From NCBI RefSeq assembly GCF_001194135.2, contig NC_068987.1, positions 10,835,186 to 10,867,905 on the forward strand: a DNA stretch of 32,720 bases, read 5' to 3'. A program made the position numbers and the translations under genes. Shown in pieces: positions 32,215 through 32,720 of this stretch. The stretch is from Octopus bimaculoides (taxonomy: Eukaryota). Numbering within the stretch: position 1 is the stretch's first letter; each line of letters starts with the position of its first letter. The notes beneath the pieces are model-generated. The model worked only from the letters and a program-made list of their open reading frames with translations, made no database searches and had not been told where the DNA came from.

Positions 32215-32598
32215 GTGATGTCTCTCTAACTATATGAGTGTGCATGACTATATACACACAGGATGAATGTGAAGACCACATAGTGAAACATTTTGAGATC
32301 CAACTGGAAAAGCGGGGGTAGTGAAGTAAAGAACTGAAGTGTATTGCAGCCTCGCAAAGTATAATGACATCTGACCGCCTGGTCGGAAAAATGTGTGTGT
32401 GTGTGTGATAGATATTTCATACAGTATGTAAAGAGGAAAAGAAATAAGGTCACTCTCTTTTATAGTAACAATTCACAAAACAGATGGATCTCATCTCAGA
32501 ATAGGTATACCATATCCAAATATATATATGTGTGTGTGTGTGTGTTGTGTTTATAAAGATATTGGATGCGGCATTCTCTGGGATTGGTCAAGTGATAT

Positions 32599-32650
32599 GG
32601 ACACCTCTGATGCGACCCCACGAAGGGTCGAAAATTGATTAAGGTTGTTC
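32599..32650 (+). ncRNA. Type I hammerhead ribozyme motif with an A9C core variant
   Basis: Stem I GGACACCT / AGGT(T)GTTC; core CTGATGC (32607-32613); stem II GACCC-cacgaa-GGGTC; GAAA (32630-32633); short stem III AAT-tg-ATT; cleavage triplet TTA (32639-32641). Confidence 0.7.
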
Positions 32651-32720
32651 GTCATTTATATAATCTACAGAGTAGTTAAATTTACCATGTTTGTATGTCT
32701 ACTACGTAGACACACTATAT

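Noticed and set aside
1-32720. CRISPR array, operon or prokaryotic defence system
   Set aside because: The DNA is eukaryotic. Recurrent sequences are dispersed SINEs or simple repeats, not regularly spaced repeat-spacer units.

Overview
AT-rich, microsatellite-laden eukaryotic DNA, most likely from an octopus or other coleoid cephalopod; this is inferred from the SINE families, not from a database search. It is a draft assembly with six N gaps. No intact protein-coding gene can be supported, and most ORFs in the supplied track are microsatellite or N-gap artefacts. The window is dominated by more than 25 SINE or retroposon pieces from about four families. Recognisable relics are: (i) a pogo/Tigger (jerky/TIGD-like) DDD transposase on the minus strand at ~15.5-17.8 kb, split by four younger insertions whose junctions can be rebuilt; (ii) an RLE-type (R4/Dong-like) LINE C-terminus at 12.4-12.5 kb; (iii) a LINE-like 3' end with two C2H2 fingers and a (TATG)n tail at 3.0-3.4 kb; (iv) a complete non-autonomous Helitron-like element. 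The most interesting features not explained by these are: a type I hammerhead-ribozyme fold at 32599-32650 with one core substitution; a stand-alone tRNA-like Pol III unit with a broken anticodon stem at 26631-26702; an indel-free 287-bp non-coding duplication (8428-8714 / 11389-11675); two long fold-back inverted repeats; and an E2F/CCAAT/CRE motif cluster at 19.4 kb. Family names and protein-motif matches come from recalled consensus knowledge and need database confirmation.
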